A stretch of DNA of 64,000 nucleotides from Candidatus Thalassarchaeaceae archaeon (GCA_030748775.1 JASMLH010000001.1:106658-170657), one strand, 5' to 3'; positions 1-9,397 are shown, counted from the first letter of the stretch. The notes: generated from the letters alone by a model not told the origin. Program-made: numbers and translations.

Positions 1-1
1 G

Positions 2-418
2 GTGGATTCAGACTTGGAAGCTACGCTCCCCGATCCATCAGAAGAACAGGAGGAAGGGGAGCCTATCGATTCGATAGAACCAGAACCGGAATTCGAAGGC
101 TCAGATGTGGAAACCGAATATGCCAAAGTGGAGCCGCCCAAATCAATCAGTATCGGGCCAAGATGGGATTCTTCGGACTCTCTGGATGAAACCCATCTAG
201 GTTCTATGAATGATGCAGAGAGGCTGGTAGTCTCAATTGCCTCGGAGAGGGAGATTTCTCCCTCAGATGCCGAGATCCAGGCTAGGCTTGAGGTTGGAAG
301 GCCACGACTATCTCAGATTTACAATTCCCTCTATCGTTCTGGGATTCTTTCAGCACGAAAAGAGGGAAGGAGCAGGTTGTTCAAAATTAGCGAGATGGCC
401 TCCGAATTGATTCCTTGA
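2..418 (+). CDS. 5'-truncated ORF (runs off window start); acidic N-terminal region followed by a probable winged-helix DNA-binding domain
   Basis: ORF track. C-terminal segment GRPRLSQIYNSLYRSGILSARKEGRSRLFKISE resembles the recognition helix and wing of ArsR/TrmB-type wHTH proteins. N-terminal part is E/D-rich. Confidence 0.3.
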   Translation: MDSDLEATLPDPSEEQEEGEPIDSIEPEPEFEGSDVETEYAKVEPPKSISIGPRWDSSDSLDETHLGSMNDAERLVVSIASEREISPSDAEIQARLEVGRPRLSQIYNSLYRSGILSARKEGRSRLFKISEMASELIP

Positions 419-427
419 GGTCTCTAC

Positions 428-715
428 ATGCCCGCAACTGTCACCATTGAGCGTATCGAGAAATACTTCGAAACCACTGAGCAGGCCAGGGCAAAAGCGA
501 CTCCCTGCACTGAAAACGAGCTAGACGCCACAAGGCTCAGCACCATGCTGAAAATGTGCGATGATTACACGGCAGATGCCCGACACTTCGCAAATGAAGG
601 GGATCTGGTAAGTGCGTTCGGTGCAATTAACTACGCCCATGCATGGCTGGATGCAGCAGTCAAGATTGGCTTGATGGATGGCCATGGGGATGACAGGCTC
701 TTCACCCTTCCTTAG
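428..715 (+). CDS. small conserved hypothetical protein (95 aa)
   Basis: ORF track. Starts 10 nt after previous ORF. No recognisable catalytic motif. Confidence 0.3.
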   Translation: MPATVTIERIEKYFETTEQARAKATPCTENELDATRLSTMLKMCDDYTADARHFANEGDLVSAFGAINYAHAWLDAAVKIGLMDGHGDDRLFTLP

Positions 716-1104
716 GGGTTCACGAGTCGCAATGCGGGCCCAGAAGTGACTTCTATGTAAGAACCACCAGAACCCAGCAATCGCTCCTTAAGCCTCCTGT
801 CTACTGTTAGCACTGGCCAGGAATTCTCCATGGATAGAGATACTAGGGCGTCATCGGTGTGCCCTTCTACGGAATCCAGAATGCTTGCCCTTTCATAGAG
901 GAGGCCCAGTAGTAGTCCGCCCCTTTCCTCTTCCAGTGAATCAAGCTCCTTTCTAACTGCATCCGTCAGGAACAGCTCAGCTTTTCCAACAACTCCCTCC
1001 AGGGCGATGTCTAGGTTCAACCCCGCATCCACGAGTGACGTCCATCCGCAGGCATCCACGAGGACTCCCGCCATGGGATCATCCTGTAATTGTCCCGTGG
1101 CCAA
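712..1104 (-). CDS. PIN-domain protein (putative ribonuclease)
   Basis: N-terminal GVLVDACGW with acidic residues spaced as in PIN domains. Sits immediately downstream of aIF2-gamma on the same strand, a position where PIN-domain genes are found in many archaea. Confidence 0.45.
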   Translation of the reverse strand: MATGQLQDDPMAGVLVDACGWTSLVDAGLNLDIALEGVVGKAELFLTDAVRKELDSLEEERGGLLLGLLYERASILDSVEGHTDDALVSLSMENSWPVLTVDRRLKERLLGSGGSYIEVTSGPALRLVNP

Positions 1105-2392
1105 TTAACCGCCATCTGGTGCCTACCCTTCTGGAAAGCGTGATCCTGCTCCCCTTCTTCGCACAGATGGGCAGCCTCAACGACAGGGTGGCCTTCTTTG
1201 CCTTGATCGAGGATACTGTACCCACGCTTGTGGCCGTAGCTGAGTTGACCATCAGCATCTCGTTTGGCTGCAGTGGCCTGATTCCATCAGAATCTCCGTC
1301 TTCTCCGGACACCATCGTTTCCAGAAGCTGAAGATCAAGGCCCAGCTCGTCCCAGATGGGGGGAAGCTCGCCTTCCCTAGCCATTACCTGCCCCGATAGG
1401 TCGTCCGCTTTGGTGGCCAGCGGATCCAATGGGGTGGAGATCCCGCATAGCCCCCCAGCATGGGCCCTTTCGAGATTCGCCCCGCCGCCCTTTATCCCAT
1501 CTATTGAAGTCCTCAGTGGTTCCCAGCGGGTCTTGTTCCCCTCCTGGATCCTTCTACCAGGGGCTATGAGGATGCTGTCACCTACGCTGAAAGATCCCTC
1601 GACGATGCTACCTCCAATCACTCCTCCCTTCAGCCCATCCGGCCTCGATCCCGGTCGATTGATGTCGAATGAACGGGCCACATACATGAGCCCCCCATCG
1701 TCTTTGGTCCGGTCGGGAGTGGGAATCGTGTCCTGAATGGTCTCAATGAGAATATCGAGGTTCACGTCATGATGCGCCGATACGGGAATTATCGGTGCCC
1801 CCTCTGCAATCGTCCCACTCACGAAATTGAGGATCTCATCATAGGACTCCTTAGCTCTCTCTTCGCTCACTATGTCGACTTTATTCTGTACCACTACGAT
1901 ATTCTCGATTCCTGCGATTTCAAGTGCAGCTAGATGCTCCCTTGTCTGTGGCTGAGGGCACTTCTCAGTAGCGGCCACCAGAAGGAGGGCGCCATCCATG
2001 ATTGAAGCCCCAGAAATCATCACTGCCATCAGGGTCTCGTGGCCCGGCGCATCCACAAAGGAGACCATCCTCAGGAGCTCACCTTCCCCCTTGTCCCCCT
2101 CGGGGTGCTTCCCCTCCGAGTAGTGGGTCCCTTCCTTTGTCTTGTAGAACGTAGTGTCGGCATATCCGAGTTTGATGCTGATTCCTCTCTTCCTCTCCTC
2201 CGAATGGGTATCCGTCCACGTTCCCGATAGGGCCTGTGTTAGGGTGGTCTTGCCATGGTCGACATGGCCCACCATGCCAATATTCACTTCTGGCTGAATG
2301 GAATCGTCCTTTGGCAGTTTCAACACCCAGCCGTCACTCCTCTTCTCCAGAGGGCTGTTCGACTGCTGCTTCCTCACCGTTGATAATCGCAT
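1079..2392 (-). CDS. eif2g: translation initiation factor 2 gamma subunit (aIF2-gamma)
   Basis: GTPase motifs GHVDHGKTT, DAPGH, NKVD. Overall EF-Tu-like three-domain length. Annotated start overlaps rps6e by 59 nt; an in-frame GTG/TTG about 66 nt downstream may be the real start. Confidence 0.9.
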   Translation of the reverse strand: MRLSTVRKQQSNSPLEKRSDGWVLKLPKDDSIQPEVNIGMVGHVDHGKTTLTQALSGTWTDTHSEERKRGISIKLGYADTTFYKTKEGTHYSEGKHPEGDKGEGELLRMVSFVDAPGHETLMAVMISGASIMDGALLLVAATEKCPQPQTREHLAALEIAGIENIVVVQNKVDIVSEERAKESYDEILNFVSGTIAEGAPIIPVSAHHDVNLDILIETIQDTIPTPDRTKDDGGLMYVARSFDINRPGSRPDGLKGGVIGGSIVEGSFSVGDSILIAPGRRIQEGNKTRWEPLRTSIDGIKGGGANLERAHAGGLCGISTPLDPLATKADDLSGQVMAREGELPPIWDELGLDLQLLETMVSGEDGDSDGIRPLQPNEMLMVNSATATSVGTVSSIKAKKATLSLRLPICAKKGSRITLSRRVGTRWRLIGHGTITG

Positions 2393-2825
2393 CTAGCGAA
2401 CGCTTGCCCGCCTCGACGACCTTCAGGTTGATCTGACGGGTGTCCTGGCTGATCACATTGCCACGGAGGTTCCTCCTCCTCCTTAGCCCGTCGTATTTGT
2501 ATCGATACTCCTTGCTGTTCTTGTTGACGTACTTCTTGCCCTTGTAGCCAACTCCGGCCGTAATGAGGACAGATTTCACCCCTCCTCCGTCCAAATCTGG
2601 GCGCATCGGCCTCCCTGTGACGTCAGAACCCCCGGTAATCTGCAGTTTGTATCCCGATAGGGACTTGTCCCCCTCCCCTACGAACATGCCTTCCACGACG
2701 TCGCCTATTTTCTTGCCCAGGAAGTGGTTGTAGTTGGCTCCGGTGATTTCCATTGGGAAAGACTTGCCTCCAGAAGCTGGCGCGGTGTCGTTCACGACTG
2801 CCTTGAACGCTTGTTCCCCTGCCAC
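2334..2825 (-). CDS. rps6e: 30S ribosomal protein S6e
   Basis: Characteristic KKYVNKNSKEYRYKYDGLRRRRNLRGNV segment of S6e. Conserved archaeal adjacency to aIF2-gamma. Confidence 0.85.
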   Translation of the reverse strand: MAGEQAFKAVVNDTAPASGGKSFPMEITGANYNHFLGKKIGDVVEGMFVGEGDKSLSGYKLQITGGSDVTGRPMRPDLDGGGVKSVLITAGVGYKGKKYVNKNSKEYRYKYDGLRRRRNLRGNVISQDTRQINLKVVEAGKRSLDAIINGEEAAVEQPSGEEE

Positions 2826-2895
2826 TGCATCACCTCGGACGGCATCCCGACATTAGGCCCCTATAAGAGCGGTTCGGAGTGCCAATGGGAATCAG

Positions 2896-4107
2896 TCATC
2901 CGCTTAGCAGATCGCGCTCTATCCTACTCTCAATCTCTGCAGGAGCGGAGTTCGGCATCGAAATGTACTGGGTCCTCCCCCTGCCTTGGTTGGAACTAGA
3001 TGCCCGACTCTTCACCAGTCCCTCCGACTCTAGGTACTTCAGGTGCTTCCAGAAGGTCGTGTATCCCCTGGCTTTCTCAGAGTGTTCCTCGCATACCAGC
3101 TCGTACAATTTCCTAGCGTCCCCGCTAGAAACCTCTTCGCTCTTCTTGAGCCTCCTGCATATTCCCATCAGGACCAATTTCTGGTGCTTCCCCAATTCGT
3201 ATACCTGGTTCGGCTCGATGGATGCCGAAATCAGCTTACCCGCATCTACGTCATCTAGAAGCACCTCATCTCTTCCTGCCTTCTCAGCCCTACGAATGGA
3301 AACTTCAAGGAGCTCTATGGCCATTCTAGCATCCCCCCTAGAATCCTCGGCTAGCCTGCCTATCTTCTCCAGTACTTCTTCACCCACCGATCCAGGCCTG
3401 CACGACTCCTCATATCTCTGTCTGGCAATCTGCGAAAGCTCCTCTTCTGCGTAAGACTCGAGAACCAGTGAGTTGCCAGAACCAAGCCTGGAACTAATTG
3501 CATGTTCGAAAAGGCTGAAGAGAGTCGGCTCCTGACTCACCAGAATCAAGGAAATTGACCCTTGCTCCTCTTGTCCCTCGTCTACTCTGAGAAGTTTGTA
3601 TATCAAGTCTGCACTATCCCTTCTGACTAGGACATCCACCTCGTCCAGAACCAGAAGTAGGTGACTCCCGTGAGCCAACAAGTTCCTCCTGATGGTTTGG
3701 ATCACTTCTCCAGAACTGAACCCCCTCTCCGGGTGCCTGGAATCCAGGGATAATGCAATCTGCTGGAGAACTTGGGAGGCCGAGGGATGGTTTCTGCAAT
3801 TTACATGGGCTCGCTCTATCTTCCTCCTACCCTCGAGCTTGCTAGCAATATCGATTCCGAACCTCTGGGCTAGGACTGTCTTTCCCGAGCCAACATTCCC
3901 CGTAATTACTGCCCTGCAACTCACATTATGATTCCCTATCCCTGCAAACATGGAGGCCAAGTCCCTCAGTTGAGTATCCCTCCCAATCAACTCCGGAGGC
4001 GTCCAATCGAAAGATAGCGGCTCTTTCGAAACCAGGATCTTGCCTGAGCCGATATTGTCTAGGTAGTCCGCCATCGTCCCATTCCACCAATCGACGTTCT
4101 TAGACAT
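2896..4107 (-). CDS. cdc6: Orc1/Cdc6 replication initiator (AAA+ ATPase with C-terminal winged helix)
   Basis: Walker A GNVGSGKT, Walker B LLLVLDEVD, sensor motifs, about 400 aa. C-terminal wH region (GYTTFWKHLKYLESEGLV). Confidence 0.8.
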   Translation of the reverse strand: MSKNVDWWNGTMADYLDNIGSGKILVSKEPLSFDWTPPELIGRDTQLRDLASMFAGIGNHNVSCRAVITGNVGSGKTVLAQRFGIDIASKLEGRRKIERAHVNCRNHPSASQVLQQIALSLDSRHPERGFSSGEVIQTIRRNLLAHGSHLLLVLDEVDVLVRRDSADLIYKLLRVDEGQEEQGSISLILVSQEPTLFSLFEHAISSRLGSGNSLVLESYAEEELSQIARQRYEESCRPGSVGEEVLEKIGRLAEDSRGDARMAIELLEVSIRRAEKAGRDEVLLDDVDAGKLISASIEPNQVYELGKHQKLVLMGICRRLKKSEEVSSGDARKLYELVCEEHSEKARGYTTFWKHLKYLESEGLVKSRASSSNQGRGRTQYISMPNSAPAEIESRIERDLLSG

Positions 4108-4161
4108 ATTCTGGAGTATCCCGAATTCTATTGTATTCCAGTAGTACCAGGTTATTGCCTA

Positions 4162-5127
4162 ATGGTTCGGTGTTTTGATAGGCTTGGGCGCATCAGAGGT
4201 GTCCGGGGTCGAGCCGTGGCGTTGAAGGACACCTTCAAGGAACCTACAATTCTAAGCCTGTTTGCATCGACCATTCTTGCCATTTTCCAGTTCCTGAACA
4301 GCTTCGGACAGATGGACAATATTGCCGGTGAGTTTTGGCCCTCCGTCGAAGTAGACGGCACCCATGAGAAGCTCCTCATCATACCTTCCGGACGCTCTCT
4401 GGAATTCTGGGGAGATTTGCAACCCGGCACCCAGGATTACGCAATTGTAGCAATTCTTCTTTACACGCTCATTTCCATTTGGGCCCATAGGCCAATTGAG
4501 CCCGTCCTGAATCCCAAGAAAAGATGGAAACTCCTCAATGTCAAGTCAACTAGGTGGTTTAAGGCAAGCATACTATTTCTTCTAATCGCTATTCTTTCTA
4601 CTGCTAACAAAAAAGGAGTATTTGCCATGATTCTCTTCAACCTCGGCAAAGGTCCTGGAACGGGAATTATAGGCAGGTCCAATGGTAATTGGGAGTTTAA
4701 GCCCCTTGAATTGGGGATCGCTGACTACCTAGAAGTTGCTGTTCTGTATTCGCTTTTTGTTTTCGCAATTTGGAAGGGACTAGAAATTGACCGTTCTACC
4801 CTCGAAGTCCTCTCGGATAAGAGAAATGCCATAGAGAAGGTATGGGATAATGTATTCGAAGCAGAAAGAGAATCACGAACAAACGTCGATGAAGGCGCAT
4901 CAAAGATCAACGAGGCGTTCAAAGACTTGGTAAATATGCTAAATGCGGCAACTACGATGAACGTTGCAGCCAGTTCGCTGGATCAAGGGAACGTCAAGGG
5001 TGCATTCAATAAATGGAAGAACCTAACACACAGGAAAGGAAAGCTGTTTAGTGATTGGCAGGGACTATCCGGTTCGATGGAGCAGATGGGAAAATTCAAC
5101 GAAGAAACCAAAGAAGAGGAGGAGTAG
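4162..5127 (+). CDS. hypothetical membrane protein with acidic C-terminus (…EETKEEEE)
   Basis: Several hydrophobic segments (e.g. AIVAILLYTLISIWA, ASILFLLIAILSTA, VAVLYSLFVFAIW). By eye, more AT-rich than the flanks. Start may be internal. Confidence 0.35.
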   Translation: MVRCFDRLGRIRGVRGRAVALKDTFKEPTILSLFASTILAIFQFLNSFGQMDNIAGEFWPSVEVDGTHEKLLIIPSGRSLEFWGDLQPGTQDYAIVAILLYTLISIWAHRPIEPVLNPKKRWKLLNVKSTRWFKASILFLLIAILSTANKKGVFAMILFNLGKGPGTGIIGRSNGNWEFKPLELGIADYLEVAVLYSLFVFAIWKGLEIDRSTLEVLSDKRNAIEKVWDNVFEAERESRTNVDEGASKINEAFKDLVNMLNAATTMNVAASSLDQGNVKGAFNKWKNLTHRKGKLFSDWQGLSGSMEQMGKFNEETKEEEE

Positions 5128-5185
5128 GCAATCGTTGCATTAATGCCAAATAGCCCTGCCCTAGGAATTATTCGGAAGTGACTGC

Positions 5186-5854
5186 ATGGCGGAAGGACCA
5201 ACCCGTGAAGAGACAGAACAAAGACTCGAGGCAATCTTCTCATCTGCTCTAGAAGGGGAAGAGCTGGAGAAGATGATTGATAGCATCCCAAAGAGAATAG
5301 AGAAATTCGAAGGCAAATGGGGGGGATTGATAGGATGGGCAGAGAAGAAATACGGCGTACCCGAGGACTCCCAAGATGAGTCAGAGGCCGAGGCAGAGGA
5401 GCCAGAGGCCGAGGCAGAGGAGCCAGAGGCCGAGGCAGAGAAGCCAGAGGCTAAGACAGAAAAGAAGCCCAAGAAAAAGAGAGGTTTGATGTCGAGATTT
5501 CGCAAGTCAAAGGATGAATCCGATGATGCAGAGGAGCCGCCAGAGGCCGAGGCAGATGAGCCAGATGAAGAATCTGAGGGAGACCCCGAGGGACTCGATT
5601 GGGAAGAACCAGAGGGGATCGATTCGGAACCTTCTGACGAATCCGAAGAATCTGACGCTGCTACGGATATCGAGTCAACATTGGAATTGATCCAGAGCGG
5701 TGAATCCGAAGCAGCCCTCGCCTCTCTCAAGGCCATGATTTCCACAGATTCTTCCAATCCAGAGGCTTGGAGGGGTATGGCTGCATACTTCGCCTCAGTT
5801 GGAATGGCTGGTCGGTCGAAGGCCTGCGAAGAGAAGGCAGATGCCCTTCCCTGA
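5186..5854 (+). CDS. acidic low-complexity protein with C-terminal TPR-like motif
   Basis: EAEAEEP x3 tandem repeats, then a basic patch KKPKKKRGLMSRFRKSK. C-terminal NPEAWRGMAAYFASVGMAG TPR-like unit shared with the next gene. Confidence 0.4.
   Translation: MAEGPTREETEQRLEAIFSSALEGEELEKMIDSIPKRIEKFEGKWGGLIGWAEKKYGVPEDSQDESEAEAEEPEAEAEEPEAEAEKPEAKTEKKPKKKRGLMSRFRKSKDESDDAEEPPEAEADEPDEESEGDPEGLDWEEPEGIDSEPSDESEESDAATDIESTLELIQSGESEAALASLKAMISTDSSNPEAWRGMAAYFASVGMAGRSKACEEKADALP
5384..5451 (+). repeat. in-frame 21-bp tandem repeat (about 3.2 copies) encoding EAEAEEP
   Basis: gaggccgaggcagaggagcca repeated head-to-tail inside the CDS 5186..5854. Confidence 0.8.
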
Positions 5855-5953
5855 GGCTAAATCAGACAGATTCCGCCCTTAGAGGCGTAATCTCTGTCCA
5901 TAATTGCTATGGGCGACAATTAAATGTGATTCAATATCGCAGGCAAGACGGTA

Positions 5954-6640
5954 GTGCCCATGGCGAAGAAAGTACCCCAAGACGTCGCATTCGCCCTAGC
6001 CCAGAAGGCAAGGGTTGCAGACAAGAAGCTCAAGCAAGCAGAGAAAAAGGCAAAGGCAGCAGAGAAAAAGGCCAACCTGGCAGAGAAGAAGGCCGAGAAG
6101 GCAGAGAAGAAGGCCGAGATGGCAGAGAAGAAGGCCCAAGAGTCCGAGTCAGATGATCCAGGCCATGACGACTTCGACGACTTCGACGACTTCGACGACT
6201 TCGTCGACGAAGTCGAGACAGCTGAGCAATCAGAGGAAGACTCTCCTGCTCAGGAAGGGGCATCTGATTCATCAGACTCAGATCTAGATGCCCTCCTTAA
6301 GCAGGCATCCGATTCTGAGACCAGCGACATGAAGGTTTCCAGGGCAAATAAACTCACTAGTGAGGGCGATTTTGCCGGTGCCTTGGGAATTTGGAAGGAA
6401 TTGACTACGAGTGAGGGCGAAAACCCTGCAAATTGGAGGGGCCTGGCTTCTGTCCTCGATTCAAGGAAACAAGCTGGCGACTCTGCTAAGGCGACAACCG
6501 CCAGGGAGCACGCCGATAGGTTGGAGACCCAAGCAGTTGCCGTTGCCACTGGAAGGAAGATGGAGGACATCATTGCTGATCTCCTTGATGACGGGGTGCT
6601 AAATTTCAGCGCTGGCTCCGATGCAAAAGATGGTCAGTGA
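5954..6640 (+). CDS. Lys/Ala-repeat (histone-H1-like AEKKA repeats) plus acidic protein with C-terminal TPR-like motif; paralog of the preceding gene
   Basis: AEKKA/KAEKKAE repeats, a DDFDDFDDFDDF run, C-terminal NPANWRGLASVLDS aligning with NPEAWRGMAAYFAS of the upstream gene. Confidence 0.4.
   Translation: MPMAKKVPQDVAFALAQKARVADKKLKQAEKKAKAAEKKANLAEKKAEKAEKKAEMAEKKAQESESDDPGHDDFDDFDDFDDFVDEVETAEQSEEDSPAQEGASDSSDSDLDALLKQASDSETSDMKVSRANKLTSEGDFAGALGIWKELTTSEGENPANWRGLASVLDSRKQAGDSAKATTAREHADRLETQAVAVATGRKMEDIIADLLDDGVLNFSAGSDAKDGQ
6038..6202 (+). repeat. in-frame short tandem repeats (about 15-bp AEKKA-coding units 6038-6137; 9-bp gacgacttc x4 at 6167-6202)
   Basis: Direct reading of the sequence. 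Coding low-complexity repeats, not CRISPR. Confidence 0.7.
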
Positions 6641-6721
6641 TGCCAAGTACTGAGTTTTCTTCTTTTCTTCTGAGGATTTCAGGCTTGTCTAACCACCATT
6701 TACATTAATAACTCGATACCC

Positions 6722-7033
6722 TTGGGAGTAGCAGGAATGGTCATGGTAGAACTAGACGACAATGTTAGAATGGGCTTGGCAGTTGGCGCAGCTGCGCTAT
6801 TGGTTTTTGAAATACTGAACATGGGTGGAATGTTGGCCGACGGCAACAAAATCTTCCTAATCGATATGCTTGGATTCGGGGATATGAGTTGGAAGAGGCC
6901 CGATACTGGTTTCAGTACTCAGGATATTGTTGGCTTCCTAGGTGTTGCAGCTATGGGCGGACTTTGGTTCGCCTCCAAGGAAGACGACATGGACTGGGAA
7001 GCCCTTCTCGGCGACGACGACGAAGAAGAGTGA
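6722..7033 (+). CDS. small membrane protein with acidic tail (…GDDDEEE)
   Basis: Two or three hydrophobic segments. ORF track. Confidence 0.3.
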   Translation: MGVAGMVMVELDDNVRMGLAVGAAALLVFEILNMGGMLADGNKIFLIDMLGFGDMSWKRPDTGFSTQDIVGFLGVAAMGGLWFASKEDDMDWEALLGDDDEEE

Positions 7034-7080
7034 CACTCCTTCTTTCAAGTGCCTCTATATTATGAGTGGATACTAGAGGT

Positions 7081-8190
7081 CTAAGGAATCTCGTCGAATT
7101 GGTAACCGCTCTCCCACTTCTTTTCTCCAAGTGCAACCTCTAGCTCATAGGGGGTGATTAGTGGTTTTGCGTACCTAGTCGAGTCGTCAATCGCTATCCT
7201 TGGGCATGCAGTGTTTACGAAAGCATCGACCGGATAGAAATCGATTAGATCTGGACTAACGTGGTCCAGAGCAAGCAAATATCCCCTTTTGCCGTGCTTC
7301 TCAAGTAGCTTCTTCATTCGGATAGCTAGATTTCTCCTCATTTGCCCTGGCTTCTCCCCGATTAGGATACCGAAAGAACTAGCCTCCCCTACGGCCATTA
7401 TCAGGCCGAACCTCTGCCTGAGTATTCTCTCAATTCTCTCGAATGACATCTCCGATGATTCTCCTGTGTAAGGGTCCAGCATAGCCAGTGGCTTTCCAGT
7501 GTGCAGAACTAGCCCTATGGGGTGGAAGTCCCCCGAGCCGAGGAATAGGTAGTGCCCTATTGTCGGTTCATCTCCCGAATAGTTGCAACCCAATACCTGT
7601 CCAGGGAAAGTCAATCTCTCCCCTCCAACCGGAATAACGACCTCAAATCCCGCTATTTCCAGCCTATTCTTGTAATCTTCCAGAAGGTGAAGGTGTTGTA
7701 TTGAACCAACAAGTCCCAATTTGACGCCTTCTAGGGGCGAAGACCTCCCTACGGCATCAAGAAACATCTCTTTTGCTTCTTCCTCACTGACCTCGTACTC
7801 ACCAATGTTGGAATCCAGCTTTGATTGGGCGATTTCCCTATGCCTTTCTAGAATAGGCATGCATCCAGAAAGCTCCGGGTCCCCGTCATAAGTGACTGGA
7901 ATGAAATGAGTTGGCATCCCTGAATCAATATTCATCTGACTGTGCCCCATGTGGGCAACAAGTTCAACACCCATCATCTTCATCTTGTCATGAACTAGAT
8001 CGCAGGCACCATAGCAGGGGTCTGCGGCTAGTATTACCTTGGCCCCAGATTCCCCTTCTATGGCATCCATCATCTCGAGGGCTTGGATTTTAAGTCCCTC
8101 GGGGACTTGTAAAGCAACCAGCCTGTTGTCGTTTTCTCTGATTCTCTCCACAAGTTCGTCTAGTTGGAAATCATGCTTCTCCAGATCCAT
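7081..8190 (-). CDS. dph2: 2-(3-amino-3-carboxypropyl)histidine synthase (diphthamide biosynthesis, Dph2)
   Basis: LVALQVPEGLK near N-terminus, three-domain length of about 370 aa, conserved Cys residues of the archaeal Dph2 radical-SAM-like family. Confidence 0.7.
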   Translation of the reverse strand: MDLEKHDFQLDELVERIRENDNRLVALQVPEGLKIQALEMMDAIEGESGAKVILAADPCYGACDLVHDKMKMMGVELVAHMGHSQMNIDSGMPTHFIPVTYDGDPELSGCMPILERHREIAQSKLDSNIGEYEVSEEEAKEMFLDAVGRSSPLEGVKLGLVGSIQHLHLLEDYKNRLEIAGFEVVIPVGGERLTFPGQVLGCNYSGDEPTIGHYLFLGSGDFHPIGLVLHTGKPLAMLDPYTGESSEMSFERIERILRQRFGLIMAVGEASSFGILIGEKPGQMRRNLAIRMKKLLEKHGKRGYLLALDHVSPDLIDFYPVDAFVNTACPRIAIDDSTRYAKPLITPYELEVALGEKKWESGYQFDEIP

Positions 8191-8204
8191 TTATTTCTCA
8201 CCAG

Positions 8205-8786
8205 CTAATCGACAATCTCGACTTTCCCGTCAACTATGTCTATCTTGGCCAGGGTCCTTATTGGCCAGTTGGGCCTTTCCTTGGCAAGCCTCTCTCTTCC
8301 TTCGCCTTTCTCAATTGCGACAATCACGTCTTGCAGAATTGCCCCCATTCCCTCTAAAGCCTCTAGAAGAGGCTCCAAGGTCCCTCCTGTGGAAATGACA
8401 TCGTCAACAATCAGAATCCTCTCTCCCGGATTGATGTCATTGATGTATGCTGTTGATTCGGAGTATCCAGTCGATACGTCAACCCTGACTTCGCCTTCCA
8501 TGCCGTAAGATCTCTTCCTAATTACGACAGTTGGCTTTCCTGTCGCATCTCCTACGGCCGCCAGTAGGGGCAGCCCCATTGCCTCAACGCTTACTATCAA
8601 GTCAACCTCTGACCAGTTCACCATTTCCACAATCAGGTCCCTAGTTGCTCGGAGGACTTCTGCATCCATCCTAGGGATCCCATCGGATATTGGATGGATG
8701 AAGTAAGGGTACTCGCCCTTCCAGATAATGGGAGCACCTCTCAGGGAGTCCTGTAGTATGGTTAGCGGTTCGGGGGTCATGCCCAC
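8205..8786 (-). CDS. purine phosphoribosyltransferase (adenine/hypoxanthine-guanine PRTase family)
   Basis: PRPP-binding motif ILIVDDVISTGGTL. Size about 190 aa. Confidence 0.6.
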   Translation of the reverse strand: MGMTPEPLTILQDSLRGAPIIWKGEYPYFIHPISDGIPRMDAEVLRATRDLIVEMVNWSEVDLIVSVEAMGLPLLAAVGDATGKPTVVIRKRSYGMEGEVRVDVSTGYSESTAYINDINPGERILIVDDVISTGGTLEPLLEALEGMGAILQDVIVAIEKGEGRERLAKERPNWPIRTLAKIDIVDGKVEIVD

Positions 8787-8791
8787 TGACC

Positions 8792-9331
8792 TCAGACTAG
8801 GCCCTTCAAATGCTCGGAACCCTCAATGACTTTGGTAGTGCATGGCGTCGGGAACTTGCATCCGGCCTTTCTGAGTGCATCTCTAGCGGCCTGGTAGTGC
8901 TCTGGCTCTGTTTTGATGGAAATCACCGTCTGACCTCGCTGGACCCTAGCCGCCGTACCAACATTCTTCCCAAAGGATAAGCGCATTCCCTGTGAAACCC
9001 TGTCAGCCCCCGCTCCAGTAGCCTGTTTGTTCTCTCTCAGGATCTGGTGGGGGTATGTGTGCATTCGTAGTGCGTACCCCATGGCCCCCGCATCTTCCCT
9101 AATTGTCGAGTTTGCTACCTGCCTTGCAGACTCTAGAGCAGAGTCTCTAATCTGACAAGCATTGTCGGCACTCAACTCGATTAATACTGGGAATTCACCG
9201 GCTTCCGCCCTCTTCCTGTTTCCCATGTGATACCTGAGAATCCTATTGTTTGGAACTCCTCCGGTATACTCGCGCCGGGTAAAAGATTGGCCCTTGATTT
9301 GCCTATACATCTTAGCTGGCTTGCGTGCCAT
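8792..9331 (-). CDS. rpl10e: 50S ribosomal protein L10e (uL16)
   Basis: MARKPAKMYR N-terminus and overall L10e signature, about 180 aa. Confidence 0.85.
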   Translation of the reverse strand: MARKPAKMYRQIKGQSFTRREYTGGVPNNRILRYHMGNRKRAEAGEFPVLIELSADNACQIRDSALESARQVANSTIREDAGAMGYALRMHTYPHQILRENKQATGAGADRVSQGMRLSFGKNVGTAARVQRGQTVISIKTEPEHYQAARDALRKAGCKFPTPCTTKVIEGSEHLKGLV

Positions 9332-9397
9332 TCAAACACCTCGATGGCGGGCCACCGACCTTCCGTATTTAACCCTGAGGCAATGATTGCATTCTAC

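Noticed and set aside
2826-4330. Searched both sides of orc1/cdc6 for a replication origin (AT-rich intergenic region with ORB/mini-ORB repeats)
   Set aside because: Both flanking intergenic regions are short (about 70 and 55 bp), not AT-rich, and contain no repeated ORB-like elements. If an origin is linked to this cdc6, it is not recognisable here.
5384-6202. Tandem direct repeats (21-bp x3, 15-bp x6, 9-bp x4) that could be mistaken for a CRISPR array or minisatellite
   Set aside because: All are in-frame within the two acidic paralog CDSs and encode EAEAEEP, AEKKA and DDF peptide repeats. There are no unique spacers and no cas genes.
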